Assembly (NCBI GenBank): GCA_047601445.1
Contig: JASGJH010000001.1
Location: forward strand, 6,080,001-6,144,000
From: Myxococcales bacterium
GTDB taxonomy: Bacteria; Myxococcota_A; Polyangia; Polyangiales; DASUME01
Length of the DNA: 64,000 nt
Direction: 5' to 3'
A program made the translations under genes and the position numbers. Numbering within the stretch: the stretch's first letter is position 1; each line of letters opens with the position of its first letter. This document shows positions 63,019 to 64,000 of this stretch, piece after piece. Below the pieces are notes generated by a model that saw nothing but the letters and a program-made list of their open reading frames with translations, ran no database searches and was not told where the DNA came from.

Positions 63019-64000
63019 ATGACTCGGCTTCCCAATCTCCTGTTCGCACTGTTGGGGCTGTTCATCGCCGCCTGCGGACCCAGCCAGCCACGCAGCACCG
63101 CGGCAGCGCGGGCGGACACGGCGCCTTCCGCGGCGGTGCAGCCGCCCCGGCCCGAGCCGCGACCGCACCTGGTGAGCTCGCCTTCCGGAGACCGCAACGA
63201 CGAGTACTACTGGCTGCGCGACGACACGCGGAGTTCGCCCGAGGTGCTGGCACTGTTGGCCCAGGAGAACGCCTACGCCGATCGCCAGCTCGCCCATATC
63301 GCGGACGCCAAGCGCGCGCTGTACCAGGAAATCGTCGCGCGTATCCCGCCGAACGACGACTCGGTGCCCGTGGAGGACGACGGCTACTGGTACCAGAAGC
63401 GCTTCGTGGAAGATGGTGAGTACCCACTCTACGTGCGTCGCAAGGGAGCTCCCGACGGCCGCGAAGAGGTCTTGCTCGACGGCAACCAACTGGCTCAGGG
63501 CCACGGCTTCTTTCGCATCTCGGACTACGAGGTCTCACCCGATACGCGCGTGCTCGCCTGGGCGGAAGACACGATGGGGCGTATGCAGCACACGCTGCGC
63601 TTCAAGGATTTGAGTCGCGGTGAACTGCTGCCGGATGTGATCTCGAACGCGGAGGCTGCGCTCGCCTGGGCCGCCGATAGTCAGACGCTGCTCTACATCG
63701 AGAAGGACCCCGAGACGCTGCTTGGCAAACGCGTACGCAAGCACCGCCTGGGGACCGACCCGCGCCTCGACCCCGTGGTGTATGAGGAGCCCGATGAGTC
63801 GTTCTACCTCGCGGTCTGGAGCAGCCGCAGCGAGCGCTTCCTCAACATCTACGCGATCTCCACCGTGTCGAGCGAGCAGTGGGTGGCCGACGCAAACGAT
63901 CCCGAGCTCAAGTTTCGCGTCTTGATCCCACGTCAGCGCGACCACGAGTACCTGGCGCAGGACCATGCCGATCAGTGGGTGCTGCGCAGCAACGCCGGGG
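63019..64000 (+). CDS. ptrB: Oligopeptidase B (S9A), N-terminal part, runs off the window
   Basis: Hand translation: AAC lipobox; D.YYWLRD, ENAY, D.SVP, G.EYP.YVR, E.LLDGN, W..DS. Confidence 0.85.
   Translation, partial: MTRLPNLLFALLGLFIAACGPSQPRSTAAARADTAPSAAVQPPRPEPRPHLVSSPSGDRNDEYYWLRDDTRSSPEVLALLAQENAYADRQLAHIADAKRALYQEIVARIPPNDDSVPVEDDGYWYQKRFVEDGEYPLYVRRKGAPDGREEVLLDGNQLAQGHGFFRISDYEVSPDTRVLAWAEDTMGRMQHTLRFKDLSRGELLPDVISNAEAALAWAADSQTLLYIEKDPETLLGKRVRKHRLGTDPRLDPVVYEEPDESFYLAVWSSRSERFLNIYAISTVSSEQWVADANDPELKFRVLIPRQRDHEYLAQDHADQWVLRSNAG

Overview
GC-rich bacterial chromosome segment, probably Myxococcota (inferred from GDGD-linker lipoproteins, a MYXO-CTERM-like tail and Ser/Thr kinases). 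About 50 CDS. Housekeeping genes: gshB, metH with a SahR-like regulator, acnB, an acyl-CoA ligase and a truncated ptrB. Also MFS/MATE transporters, a glycosylation cluster, and many lipoproteins, c-type cytochromes, beta-barrels and signalling genes. Most notable: (1) a ~240-250-nt non-coding repeat in 4 full copies plus 1 truncated copy, arranged as two inverted pairs around arrays of ~28-bp repeats, with a conserved core and copy-specific but still paired 37-39-bp terminal stems; (2) an MNIO (DUF692)/DUF2063 RiPP cassette with a divergent lipoprotein-type Cys-motif precursor candidate; (3) a candidate sigma-54-driven ~95-nt sRNA with two C-rich loops and an intrinsic terminator; (4) an operon joining cytochromes, a CxxCH-bearing beta-barrel, a Ser/Thr kinase and a wHTH-ATPase; (5) a lipoprotein PETase/cutinase homologue; (6) a short REP-like palindrome amplified in frame inside a CDS. 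Two genes have single-base frameshifts that may be assembly errors. No rRNA, tRNA, CRISPR array or transposase was seen. Family assignments come from motif recognition, not database searches.
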